Below, one piece after another: positions 40,324 to 49,390 of a DNA stretch of 64,000 nucleotides. The stretch lies in the NCBI GenBank assembly GCA_016432365.1, contig CP066686.1, positions 273,771 to 337,770 on the forward strand, given 5' to 3'. Source of the DNA: Candidatus Woesebacteria bacterium. GTDB lineage: Bacteria > Patescibacteriota > Microgenomatia > UBA8517. The translations under genes and the position numbers were made by a program. Positions within the stretch are counted from its first letter, which is position 1; each line of letters begins with the position of its first letter. Below the pieces are notes generated by a model that saw only the letters and a program-made list of their open reading frames with translations, was not told where the DNA came from and ran no database searches.

Positions 40324-40955
40324 ACATTTTACTAATGGGCCCTCAGGGATCGGGTAAAGGTACTCAGGCTGCAAAAATTTGTGAAGAATTCGGCTTTTTT
40401 TATTTTGAATCCGGCTCATATTTGAGAAGAATTGCGGAAACCGACCCCTGGCTTAAAGATTGGTTGAATACAGGAAAACTAGTACCTGACAAAGAATTAA
40501 CTTCCTATCTTTCTGCGTTCTTAGATAAAAACAACCTATATGATGATATAGTTTTTGATGGATTTCCTAGGACTGTTGTTCAATATCATTTTTGGAAAGA
40601 CTGGCTTAAAGACAAGGGTGTTAGTCTGGATCTTGTTTTTGTACTCAAGATAAGCAGCGAAGAAACTGTCAGAAGATTGTCAGCCAGAAGACAGGATCCA
40701 GAGAACGGAAAAATATATAACCTTATTACAGACCCACCGCCTGCAGATATAAATGTAAGTACATTGATTCAAAGAGAGGATGACAAACCGGAGGCTATCA
40801 AGGTGCGTCTGGCCTATTACCACAACATAACGGAGCCTTTAATAGCTGAATTAAAAAAGGATACAAAAGTTGTCGAGGTGGATGGTGAGCGCCCGATTGA
40901 CGCAATCTCCAAAGATCTAATAGAAATAATTAAAGAAAATGGCCATAAAAATTAA
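40320..40955 (+). CDS. adk: adenylate kinase
   Basis: GPQGSGKGTQ P-loop, LID and NMP-binding regions. Confidence 0.9.
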   Translation: MNILLMGPQGSGKGTQAAKICEEFGFFYFESGSYLRRIAETDPWLKDWLNTGKLVPDKELTSYLSAFLDKNNLYDDIVFDGFPRTVVQYHFWKDWLKDKGVSLDLVFVLKISSEETVRRLSARRQDPENGKIYNLITDPPPADINVSTLIQREDDKPEAIKVRLAYYHNITEPLIAELKKDTKVVEVDGERPIDAISKDLIEIIKENGHKN

Positions 40956-41691
40956 AACTCCGGAAGAAATTCAAATTATGGCCGAGGGGGGTAAAAAACT
41001 TGCTCGAGTAAAGAATGCCCTCAAAGAGGCTGTCAAAGCCGGGGTGCGCGCTTCAGATATCGAAAAACTTGCAATGGACTTGATCCACGCGGAAGGGGCT
41101 GAAGCCTCTTTTGCCAAGGTGCCTGGTTACTCCTGGGCCACTTGCATTAATGTTAACGAAGGCCTGGTTCACGGAATTCCGAGCCGGGACATGATTTTTA
41201 AGGACGGAGACCTTGTTAGCGTAGATGTTGGAGTCTATTTTAAAGGCTTCCACACGGACACCTCCACTTCTGTCGGAATAAATTTGAGCCCGGAAAATAA
41301 GAAATTTCTCAATATCGGCCAAAATGCCCTAGAAAAGGCAATCTCGAAGGTAAAGGTTGGTAACTATATTTATGATATCAGCCAGGCCATAGAGACGACT
41401 ATAGAGGCTGCAGGGTACACTACAATAAAGGCACTGGTAGGACACGGGGTGGGCCATGAACTTCACGAGGATCCCCAGATTCCCTGTTTTGTACCCGGTA
41501 AAGTTAGCGACAGCCCTGTTATAAAAGAAGGAATGGTCTTGGCGGTTGAGGTAATGTATGCTCAGGGGAAGGATAAAGTGGAGATTTTAGAAGACGGGTG
41601 GACAATAGCCATGACTGATGGTAAAATAGCAGGACTTTTTGAAGAGACCGTTGCGGTGACCGGGAAAGGAGCATTAGTTCTCACTCGATGA
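40939..41691 (+). CDS. map: methionine aminopeptidase type I
   Basis: Pita-bread fold with metal ligands D, D, H, E, E. Confidence 0.9.
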   Translation: MAIKIKTPEEIQIMAEGGKKLARVKNALKEAVKAGVRASDIEKLAMDLIHAEGAEASFAKVPGYSWATCINVNEGLVHGIPSRDMIFKDGDLVSVDVGVYFKGFHTDTSTSVGINLSPENKKFLNIGQNALEKAISKVKVGNYIYDISQAIETTIEAAGYTTIKALVGHGVGHELHEDPQIPCFVPGKVSDSPVIKEGMVLAVEVMYAQGKDKVEILEDGWTIAMTDGKIAGLFEETVAVTGKGALVLTR

Positions 41692-41903
41692 AAAACCAAA
41701 GTACAGTTGAAGTTGATGGGGCCGTTTTGCAAGCATTGCCCAATACGATGTTCCGGGTACAGCTTACAGATGGCAGACTCATCCTGGTAACTTTGAAGGG
41801 GAAAATGAGGAGGGCTTATGTTAGAATATTCCCCGGCGATAGAGTGAAGGTGGAAATGACGCCGTACGACGAGAACAGGGGAAGGATAATATACAAATAT
41901 TAA
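41688..41903 (+). CDS. infA: translation initiation factor IF-1
   Basis: S1-like OB fold, 71 aa. Confidence 0.9.
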   Translation: MKNQSTVEVDGAVLQALPNTMFRVQLTDGRLILVTLKGKMRRAYVRIFPGDRVKVEMTPYDENRGRIIYKY

Positions 41904-41964
41904 AAATCAAAAATAAAAAAGTAAAAATATTTTTGATATTTGATATTTAATTTTTAATATTACG

Positions 41965-42078
41965 ATGAAGGTTATTAGTTCGATTAAAGCACGATGTAAA
42001 GATTGTAAGATTGTTAAGCGCCACGGGGTGCTTTACATCGTTTGTAAAAACCCGAGGCACAAACAACGCCAGGGATAG
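41965..42078 (+). CDS. rpmJ: 50S ribosomal protein L36 (C4 zinc type)
   Basis: [37 protein letters not shown]. Missed by the ORF track because it is under 60 aa. Confidence 0.85.
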   Translation: MKVISSIKARCKDCKIVKRHGVLYIVCKNPRHKQRQG

Positions 42079-42150
42079 TAACTAGAAATTAGAAACTAGA
42101 CACTAGTTAAAAACTAGCTTCTAGCTTCTAGCATCTAATAGCTAGAATTT

Positions 42151-42564
42151 ATGGCTAGAATTGCAGGAATTGAATTACAAGATAATTGGAAAGTTGATTA
42201 CGCTCTGACGAAGATCAAAGGGTTGGGGTGGTCGTTGTCAAAGAAAATAATGGAGACTGCCGGGATTGATCCTAAAAAGAGAATTTCCGAACTTTCTGCT
42301 GATGAGGTCACAAAGATATCTACCGAACTTGAAAAATATTCGATAGAGGGAGACCTTTTCAGAATGGTTAGGGGAAACATTCAAAGGTTACAGGTTATTG
42401 GTTCTTACCGTGGGACCAGGCATACAAAAAATCTTCCCGTAAGAGGACAGAGAACTAAGACAAATGCCCGCACAAAGCGCGGTAAGCGAAAGACAGTCGG
42501 AGCTTTCAAAAAAGAAATGTTAAGCAAGATGACAGCCGGTAAGACTGAGGAGGCTAAAAAATAA
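42151..42564 (+). CDS. rpsM: 30S ribosomal protein S13
   Basis: MARIAGI... typical S13. Confidence 0.9.
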   Translation: MARIAGIELQDNWKVDYALTKIKGLGWSLSKKIMETAGIDPKKRISELSADEVTKISTELEKYSIEGDLFRMVRGNIQRLQVIGSYRGTRHTKNLPVRGQRTKTNARTKRGKRKTVGAFKKEMLSKMTAGKTEEAKK

Positions 42565-42569
42565 ATTGA

Positions 42570-42977
42570 ATGGCGACAAAAATAAAAGCTAAAACAAAGG
42601 CAAAAGGAAAAAATGCGGTCTCAAGTGAGGCTCAACTGGGCAAGATATTTATATCTGCCTCGTTTAATAATACCCTGGTGACTGTGACCAATGCCCGAGG
42701 AGAAACTTTAGCTTGGGGTTCATCGGGTGCATCTGGTTTTAAAGGAACCAGGAAATCAACACCTTATGCCGCAACGACTGCTGTTGAAAAAGTACTCGGT
42801 AAAGCCAAAAACGAACACGGAGTTGATGAAGTCGAGGTTTATGTTAAAGGTCCGGGGCCGGGACGCGATGCCGCTCTTCGCGCAATTCGTGCCACGGGGG
42901 TTAAAATATCTTTAATTGCAGACGTTACACCGGTTCCGCACAACGGACCAAGACCGAAGAAGAAGCGCAGAGTATAA
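42570..42977 (+). CDS. rpsK: 30S ribosomal protein S11
   Basis: Typical S11. Confidence 0.9.
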   Translation: MATKIKAKTKAKGKNAVSSEAQLGKIFISASFNNTLVTVTNARGETLAWGSSGASGFKGTRKSTPYAATTAVEKVLGKAKNEHGVDEVEVYVKGPGPGRDAALRAIRATGVKISLIADVTPVPHNGPRPKKKRRV

Positions 42978-42989
42978 AAACTAAATAAA

Positions 42990-43589
42990 ATGGCAAGATA
43001 TACAGGACCAAAAGACAGATTATCAAGACGCGAAAACTTTGATATTTTTAGTGCCGGTACAAAACTTACCAGGCTCAACGTGGTTCCGGGTGTTCATGGG
43101 GCTAAAGGAACTCGAGGATCCTCTCAGTTTGGCAGGCAGCTTAGAGAAAAACAAAAAGTCAAAAGGATTTACGGACTAATGGAGGCTCAGTTCAGAAGAT
43201 ACGTCGACGAGGCATCTAAGACCAGGGGAAATACAGGTGAAGCTCTTTTGGTTAGCCTTGAAGAACGTTTAGACAATGTGGTATTCAGACTTGGATTTGC
43301 CCCGAGCCGCCCTGCAGCCAGACAGCTTGTGTCTCATAGGCACGTTTTAGTCAATGGTAAAAAATTGAACATTCCTTCTTATAAAGTCAGAGTTGGAGAA
43401 ACCATCGGAATTGATGCCAAGGCTATTGCTATTCCCGAAGTCAAGCGAAGCCTAGACAAAGAAGATTTTACACCGCCAGCTTGGCTTGAAAGAAAAGCAG
43501 CTATCGGCAAAATGGCCAAAGCGCCTGTCAGAGCAGATATAGTGGAAGCTATTAGCGAACAGGATATAGTTGAGTTCTACTCGCGTTAG
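42990..43589 (+). CDS. rpsD: 30S ribosomal protein S4
   Basis: MARYTGPK... typical S4. Confidence 0.9.
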   Translation: MARYTGPKDRLSRRENFDIFSAGTKLTRLNVVPGVHGAKGTRGSSQFGRQLREKQKVKRIYGLMEAQFRRYVDEASKTRGNTGEALLVSLEERLDNVVFRLGFAPSRPAARQLVSHRHVLVNGKKLNIPSYKVRVGETIGIDAKAIAIPEVKRSLDKEDFTPPAWLERKAAIGKMAKAPVRADIVEAISEQDIVEFYSR

Positions 43590-43629
43590 ACGCGAGGTTT
43601 GAGGCCAGGCCGAAAACACAGCCACCTTA

Positions 43630-43720
43630 TTGCCAAAGTTTCTCATAGATACTTTGGCAAGCGAGAAGAAAGCGGGCGTTCTCTATCCTTGTTGAAAAAG
43701 TTCCGTAGGTACTTTTTCAA
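43630..43720 (+). promoter_or_regulatory. two related 10-bp-stem hairpins (TTGCCAAAGT..ACTTTGGCAA; TTGAAAAAGT..ACTTTTTCAA) between rpsD and the rpoA promoter
   Basis: Seen directly. Likely an attenuator or terminator pair. Confidence 0.4.
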
Positions 43721-43736
43721 GCAATAGAAGTCATGC

Positions 43737-43765
43737 TTGATTCCTGTTTGATCCTGGGTTATAAT
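43737..43765 (+). promoter_or_regulatory. promoter TTGATT-17-TATAAT upstream of rpoA
   Basis: Seen directly. Confidence 0.45.
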
Positions 43766-43806
43766 ACTCCCTAGTCTCTGATTGGGGACTATATTTTGAA
43801 AGAAAA

Positions 43807-44724
43807 ATGAACGAACCAATGTTTGAAATTAAAGAAGAAGAAAAGAGTGCGGGTTATGGAAAATTCGTAATCACCCCCTTGGAGAGAGGCTATGGCTTGA
43901 CCGTAGGGAACTCTCTTCGCCGCGTTCTTTTGACTTCTCTTTCCGGAATTGCCGCAACTTCAGTCAAGATCGCTGGTGTTAAACATCAGTTTTCCACACT
44001 CCAGGGAATGAAAGAAGATATTGTCGAATTTGTACTTAATCTCAAGAAGGTCAGGTTTTCAGGAGACTTGGACAAACCCGTTAAAGCCACTTTAGAAGTG
44101 TCCAAAAGTGGTGAATTTACAGCAAAAGAAATCAAAGTCGGGTCAGGAATAACCATAGCCAATCCGGATCAGATATTAGGTACTCTTAACAAGGGATCTA
44201 AAATTCAGGCTGATATAACGATCGAAAAAGGGGTAGGATATTCGCTTGCTGATGAGCGCCCTTCAGAGACAATCGGCATGATCCCGGTTGATGCTTCTTT
44301 CTCTCCTGTCAAGCGTGTTAGTTATAAAATTGAAGAAACCCGTGTTGGACGTCTTACAAATTACGATAAACTTATTTTAGAAATTTGGACTGACGGAACA
44401 ATGGATCCTGAAGTCGCCTTGACCGAATCTGCCAAGATCCTGCTTTCATACTTTGGTCAGATTCTTAACCCTAAAAAGGTTGAAAAGGCAGAGATCGAAA
44501 AGAAGGATGATTTGGGCTTGGTTGGCAAACTCTCCGTAGAGGAAATCGGTCTTCCTACAAGAGTGGCAAATGCTCTTATAAAAGCAGGGTTTGAAACAGT
44601 TGAAGAACTCGCCTATGCCAAAAAAGAAGATCTTGTAAATGTCAGGAACTTGGGTGAAAAGTCCCTCAAAATAATTGCAGCCGCACTCGGAACCAAGGGA
44701 GTCGAGTTTCTCGCAATCAAGTAA
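43807..44724 (+). CDS. rpoA: DNA-directed RNA polymerase alpha subunit
   Basis: N-terminal dimerisation domain and C-terminal alpha-CTD. Confidence 0.9.
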   Translation: MNEPMFEIKEEEKSAGYGKFVITPLERGYGLTVGNSLRRVLLTSLSGIAATSVKIAGVKHQFSTLQGMKEDIVEFVLNLKKVRFSGDLDKPVKATLEVSKSGEFTAKEIKVGSGITIANPDQILGTLNKGSKIQADITIEKGVGYSLADERPSETIGMIPVDASFSPVKRVSYKIEETRVGRLTNYDKLILEIWTDGTMDPEVALTESAKILLSYFGQILNPKKVEKAEIEKKDDLGLVGKLSVEEIGLPTRVANALIKAGFETVEELAYAKKEDLVNVRNLGEKSLKIIAAALGTKGVEFLAIK

Positions 44725-44730
44725 CACAAT

Positions 44731-45189
44731 ATGAACAAAAAGGTGTTCGGAAGAAAGCTTTCCCGAAGTAGGCCAGCTCGTGAAGCATTGTTTGCTTCCC
44801 TTGCGCGGGCCATGATGTTGAGTGGAAAAATAGTGACTACCAGAGCAAAAGCGAAGGCGGTTCAACCTGATTTGGAAAAATTTGTTACACTGGCAAAAAG
44901 GGGTGATCTTTCAGGAAGGCGCAGGATTTTGGCAAGTTTGGATAATTCCAAAGATGCTTTGGAAGCATTGTATAAAAAAATAGTACCGGTTTTTTCGGCA
45001 AGGACATCCGGGTTTACAAGAATAATTTCTCTTCCAAGACGTAAAGGGGATAATGCGCAAGTGGTTAGAATGGAATGGACAGAGACTATAATTAAAAATG
45101 AAGAATTAAAAATTAAGAATAAAAAAGCGCCAAAAAAAGAGGAAAAAGTTAAAAAGACAGTAAAAGGAAAGGGAAAAATTGAAAAATGA
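44731..45189 (+). CDS. rplQ: 50S ribosomal protein L17
   Basis: Typical L17 with a Lys-rich tail. Confidence 0.85.
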   Translation: MNKKVFGRKLSRSRPAREALFASLARAMMLSGKIVTTRAKAKAVQPDLEKFVTLAKRGDLSGRRRILASLDNSKDALEALYKKIVPVFSARTSGFTRIISLPRRKGDNAQVVRMEWTETIIKNEELKIKNKKAPKKEEKVKKTVKGKGKIEK

Positions 45190-45578
45190 AAACATATCAA
45201 CCCATAAAAAAAGAAGTAAAAAGAGATACGCGCACGATTGATGCCGGTGGGCGCGTTTTGGGTAGAGTAGCAACCGAAATTGCTACAGGACTCATGGGTA
45301 AAGATAAAGTTACATATAGCCGTCATATGGACTCAGGAGACAAGGTGATTGTAACAAATGCAGATAAAGTGGTTATAACAGGCAGAAAGGCCCAGCAAAA
45401 GGTTTATCAAAGCCACTCAGGTTACCCGGGCGGTTTCAAAGAGGTAAAATACGAAAGAATGATGGAAGTTCATCCTGAGCGCGTGCTTGAGCACGCTGTC
45501 GAAGGGATGCTCCCCGACAATAAGTTGAAAGCACAAAGGATGAAGAGGCTTACAGTAGTAACAGGAGATAAAAAATAA
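45186..45578 (+). CDS. rplM: 50S ribosomal protein L13
   Basis: Typical L13. Confidence 0.9.
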   Translation: MKTYQPIKKEVKRDTRTIDAGGRVLGRVATEIATGLMGKDKVTYSRHMDSGDKVIVTNADKVVITGRKAQQKVYQSHSGYPGGFKEVKYERMMEVHPERVLEHAVEGMLPDNKLKAQRMKRLTVVTGDKK

Positions 45579-45579
45579 A

Positions 45580-45990
45580 ATGGCAAAAACTAAAAAAATT
45601 GATTATTTGTACGGAGTGGGAAGAAGAAAGACTTCTCAGGCGAGAGTCAGAGTTTACCATGGAAAAGGTGAAAATACTGTTAACGGAAAACCAACAAATA
45701 AATATTTTGAGGGAGACGTACAGACAAAGGCATTAGCAAAGCCTTTTGGGGCAACCGAAACTTCCGATAAATATTATTACTCCGGCCGTGTTACGGGTGG
45801 TGGTAAAGAAGGTCAACTTTCAGCCCTTGTACTTGCTCTCTCCCGCGCTTTACTTAAAATTGCTCCCGAAAAGAACAGAGTAGTTCTTAGAAAACTCAAA
45901 TTGTTAACCCGCGACTCTCGTGTCCGCCAACGCAGAATGGTTGGAATGGGTGGTAAAAGCAGGAGGAAAAGACAGTCCCCTAAGCGTTAA
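45580..45990 (+). CDS. rpsI: 30S ribosomal protein S9
   Basis: Ends ...GKSRRKRQSPKR. Confidence 0.9.
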   Translation: MAKTKKIDYLYGVGRRKTSQARVRVYHGKGENTVNGKPTNKYFEGDVQTKALAKPFGATETSDKYYYSGRVTGGGKEGQLSALVLALSRALLKIAPEKNRVVLRKLKLLTRDSRVRQRRMVGMGGKSRRKRQSPKR

Positions 45991-46024
45991 AGTACGGCAA
46001 CTTCTTTGTTATACTGTTTTAAGC

Positions 46025-47086
46025 ATGGAAAAAACCAGTAGTTTAAAGTTGAAAGAAGCGTGCGTCATTGGAAGTATATACTACAACGATTATCAAACCG
46101 AAGGTTCTATAGGAAATGTCAGGGGAAAAGCGGCCATTAATTCGCTTATAAACATTCTGGAAAAAGGTTGTAAAGTTGCAATTATTATTGCCAAAGAGAC
46201 AGATCCAAAGTTTGTAGACGATTTAAAGGAGAAATTGTCGATTTTGGGTAATAAAAGTGAAAACATTGTTTGGAATTTTGAAAGAGAGAGCGGTTATAGT
46301 GAGGCAAGAAGAGAAGCGATTTCACTTGCAAGGTCAAAATATACTGAACCTCCCCCAAGAGTCTTCATAATGCAAGAAATTGAGAAAAACCTTTCGGAAA
46401 ATTATGAAGATTTTTTGAATACTTTGTCAAAAGATCGGGTATTGGTAATGATGGATAGAGGAATAAATATTTCCAACAATCAAGATTTATGGCCGGAACC
46501 GGATCATTCGGACGTCAATTTACCCAAGGACCAACTTTGGGGAGAGAGAAGTCAAAATATTAAAATGGCACGCCAGGAAGAAGTTTTTGGTTTGACCGAC
46601 AAAACGAAGGGTAATCATCTTTGGGACAGACTAAATGGAGTCAGAATTATAAGAAATGAATTAATGAAGACCGGAAATGTGGAGATAAATCCAAGTGACT
46701 TAATACTTTTAAAATACGAATATTCTGACGGATATACCGAAGAAGACAGGAGATTTAAAATGGATGGTTACTCAGCCAGTGTTTACAATCCAATTCCAAT
46801 TTTGGAAGCTTTGGGGGCGGAGAATCAAATGGCCCAAGTATCAGTAAATTATTTACACCCTGAAGAACAAAGGCAGCAGGAAGAAAATGACCCCAATTTT
46901 AGAGAAAAAAGATTAAGACAAAAAACCGATCTTCCGGCAAATAATTTTGAAATTGTGGCAAATATTAAAAAGTGGCAAAAAGAAGGTAGGTGGCCACAGG
47001 TTTTACTCGAAGCATTAAAGGGGGATAAAGTACTACATATAGTTCATCTTAAGGAAGACGAATACTTCTACGGATATAGCAACTAA
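46025..47086 (+). CDS. hypothetical protein (353 aa)
   Basis: Start set at the internal ATG after the rpsI stop. N-terminal region may be a nucleotide-binding alpha/beta fold (inference only). Confidence 0.5.
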   Translation: MEKTSSLKLKEACVIGSIYYNDYQTEGSIGNVRGKAAINSLINILEKGCKVAIIIAKETDPKFVDDLKEKLSILGNKSENIVWNFERESGYSEARREAISLARSKYTEPPPRVFIMQEIEKNLSENYEDFLNTLSKDRVLVMMDRGINISNNQDLWPEPDHSDVNLPKDQLWGERSQNIKMARQEEVFGLTDKTKGNHLWDRLNGVRIIRNELMKTGNVEINPSDLILLKYEYSDGYTEEDRRFKMDGYSASVYNPIPILEALGAENQMAQVSVNYLHPEEQRQQEENDPNFREKRLRQKTDLPANNFEIVANIKKWQKEGRWPQVLLEALKGDKVLHIVHLKEDEYFYGYSN

Positions 47087-47128
47087 GTTAATCCTGCAAA
47101 ATAATTGTTTTTATGATATTAATTAACA

Positions 47129-47641
47129 ATGGAGATCGGATTGATAAGCTCTTCAGATATGATGGACCTCCCCGACTACTGGGAGAAAAGACGTGAACTA
47201 TACATCAAGATATCGGACAACTCTAAATTTCAGGAAAATATGAAGAATAATAAAGAAAAGTGGACTCAAGAATTACTGAAAAGATACCCAAACCTTACAT
47301 CTAGTAAAGACAGTTTAGAAGAATCGATAAGAAGTGTAACCTTTATCGACTATTTGGTAAGAAACGAACTTCATACGGCAGATGCTCCATTTTTGCAACC
47401 TCGAGATGCAAATTCAAGTGACCCGATGCAAAAAACAGGGATTGAAGATTTGGTTGAAAAGTTCGTAAATGGTGACTTTGCCGCTGCAAGTGAGCAAGTT
47501 CAAAATGGCATTGAACTTATTGATAACAGCGCATTTTCTGTTGGACACAATATTCATATGGGTTTATTGGCACTTCACATTCTCCGAGAGGAGGCTGTGG
47601 GACTTCGCGGACATTTAAAAGCTTTAGAAAAGTCTAAATAA
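47129..47641 (+). CDS. hypothetical protein (170 aa)
   Basis: ORF only. Confidence 0.45.
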   Translation: MEIGLISSSDMMDLPDYWEKRRELYIKISDNSKFQENMKNNKEKWTQELLKRYPNLTSSKDSLEESIRSVTFIDYLVRNELHTADAPFLQPRDANSSDPMQKTGIEDLVEKFVNGDFAAASEQVQNGIELIDNSAFSVGHNIHMGLLALHILREEAVGLRGHLKALEKSK

Positions 47642-47691
47642 TTTCTTTCTGGGCACCGTGATGACCTTAAAATATTTGGTATACTTCAGAC

Positions 47692-48135
47692 ATGTCAGGT
47701 GAAAGGTTTACATTAAGAGTGGCGGTCTATCTTGTTTTGATTAAGAATGGTAAAACACTTCTTTCCAGGAGATTTAACACCGGCTGGATGGATGGAAAAT
47801 ATAGTTTAATAGCTGGCCACATTGACGGGAAAGAGTCGGTTTTTGGTGCTATGATCCGCGAAGCATTCGAGGAGGCGGGGATAAAAGTTTTAAAAAGCGA
47901 CGTGAAACCGTTGAAAGTGCTTCATAGAATGTCCGATGATGGTATGGAATATATGGACTTCTTTTTTATTGCCGAAAGATGGGAAAGGGAGCCAATAATT
48001 AAGGAACCAGATAAATGTGACGATATGGGTTGGTTTCCGGTTAACAATCTGCCTGACAATACTTTGCCGTACGTTAGATATGTGATTGAAAATTTCGAGG
48101 ATGGAGTTTCTTTCGTAGAATTTGGCTGGGATTAG
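47692..48135 (+). CDS. NUDIX hydrolase
   Basis: Nudix box GHIDGKESVFGAMIREAFEEAGI. A -10 box TATACT lies 6 nt before the ATG. Confidence 0.85.
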   Translation: MSGERFTLRVAVYLVLIKNGKTLLSRRFNTGWMDGKYSLIAGHIDGKESVFGAMIREAFEEAGIKVLKSDVKPLKVLHRMSDDGMEYMDFFFIAERWEREPIIKEPDKCDDMGWFPVNNLPDNTLPYVRYVIENFEDGVSFVEFGWD

Positions 48136-48166
48136 TTATCCTCAAATTAATCTGTTAAAATACGCA

Positions 48167-48189
48167 TGAGCGGTGTAGTTTTACCGGTA
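48167..48189 (+). repeat. direct repeat of the tRNA-Pro 5' end (GCGGTGTAGTTTTACCGGTAAG) within the tRNA leader
   Basis: Matches positions 3-24 of the downstream tRNA. Followed by GATGGGT/ACCCATC and GGTGC/GCACC hairpins but no T-arm. Confidence 0.4.
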
Positions 48190-48264
48190 AGCTTCGATGG
48201 GTCCCCACCCATCTCAGGTGCTTCGCACCAAGCTTGGCCGCTAAACTCCACCCCTCGTATAACT

Positions 48265-48335
48265 CGGGGTGTAGTTTACCGGTAGAATGGGCGCATGGGG
48301 TGCGTCCGGACTGAGTTCAATTCTCAGCACCCCGA
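48265..48335 (+). tRNA. tRNA-Pro (anticodon GGG), 71 nt, CCA not encoded
   Basis: Hand-folded cloverleaf. 7-bp acceptor stem with C1:G72, U8, D-loop ACCGGUA, anticodon stem GGCGC/GCGUC with loop AUGGGGU (U33, G37), 4-nt variable loop, T-arm CUGAG-UUCAAUU-CUCAG, discriminator A. Confidence 0.6.
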
Positions 48336-48337
48336 CT

Positions 48338-49390
48338 ATGTTTGCAGACTCTTTCGGTTTTGAAAATTTGGTGGCTGGTAGCCATGTAGTTTTTAAGGAA
48401 AGAGCACTTCAACTTACCCAAGCGGAGCGTGAAGTCAAAATAGACAATGCACGAAAACTCTACGCGGGAGTAGAGGTTCTTCGGAGATTTAGAAACGAAG
48501 CGCTATCAGAACAGGGTTCAAATCGACAAAAGGTGTTATCTGAGGCACACAAGTTTTCAGAATATATGGCAGGGACAATTTTAGATCTGTCATTACCAGA
48601 AAAGCCAATTTCTTGCAGTCCTCAGGTTCTAAAAAATATTCAAGATGTTCAAGGGAGGCTTCAAAATAAAAATGCAAGTTCTTATCATTCTAACCCGCCT
48701 TCAACTGTCGTACACAATTTATTCAGAGCTACCGAAGACATGCTTGTCAGGATAGAAGAAAAAGCCGGATCCGTTGTCAGTCCAGATCATAAATTATCAG
48801 CCGACGAGCTAAAATATGTACTTGTCGAATTTCTTTCAGGGACAAATATGTTGCCGAGAGATGCTATTGGAAAGTTTTTTAACAAATCCTCAAAAATCGG
48901 TGGAATTTTAAGTGGGGGGAGTGTTTACCTGGAAATTGTCAAAAAGGTTGTAGAAAAGTATGGGAATGGTTTTACAATCAAGACATTTGTTATTGCTGTA
49001 GATAAAGAAAAAAAGGTGGTGGCTTATGAGCAGGGGTCGAATGATGACAAGGTCGCTGACGTAATCTTAACCGACGATATGATTGATAGAGGGGGGACAA
49101 TGACCACGGCGCTTCAAAATGCCGGCGGAACTTTTCAAAACGCTACAATCTATTCGGGTAATGGTCGTGAACTGCCCGGGGAATTTCAGAAAAGGCAAAC
49201 TCAAAAACGAATGGGTCATTTAACAATACTATTTCAGGATTATGCAGATCTATCTATGGCAGGTAAATATGTCGATGCAGATAGGATTTTTGAGCAGGCG
49301 AATTCTTATGCTAAAGATAACGGAGTAGAGCTTCAGCCTGGTTGGTATATAAGAAAGGCAAAGATTGACGAACTTCGCAAGAGAAAGTAA
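48338..49390 (+). CDS. hypothetical protein with C-terminal type-I phosphoribosyltransferase (PRTase) domain
   Basis: PRPP-binding motif VILTDDMIDRGGTMTTA and a preceding GGILSGG PPi loop. Start moved to 48338 because the ORF-track start lies inside the tRNA. Confidence 0.6.
   Translation: MFADSFGFENLVAGSHVVFKERALQLTQAEREVKIDNARKLYAGVEVLRRFRNEALSEQGSNRQKVLSEAHKFSEYMAGTILDLSLPEKPISCSPQVLKNIQDVQGRLQNKNASSYHSNPPSTVVHNLFRATEDMLVRIEEKAGSVVSPDHKLSADELKYVLVEFLSGTNMLPRDAIGKFFNKSSKIGGILSGGSVYLEIVKKVVEKYGNGFTIKTFVIAVDKEKKVVAYEQGSNDDKVADVILTDDMIDRGGTMTTALQNAGGTFQNATIYSGNGRELPGEFQKRQTQKRMGHLTILFQDYADLSMAGKYVDADRIFEQANSYAKDNGVELQPGWYIRKAKIDELRKRK

Noticed and set aside
48166-48250. Second tRNA upstream of tRNA-Pro
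   Set aside because: Shares the tRNA 5' 22-mer but lacks a T-arm or GTTCNANNC loop, and its predicted acceptor has a G-G mismatch. Treated as a tRNA-like leader or repeat.
48287-48337. ORF-track start codon at 48287 for the PRTase-domain protein
   Set aside because: Lies inside the anticodon loop of tRNA-Pro. Start moved to the in-frame ATG at 48338.
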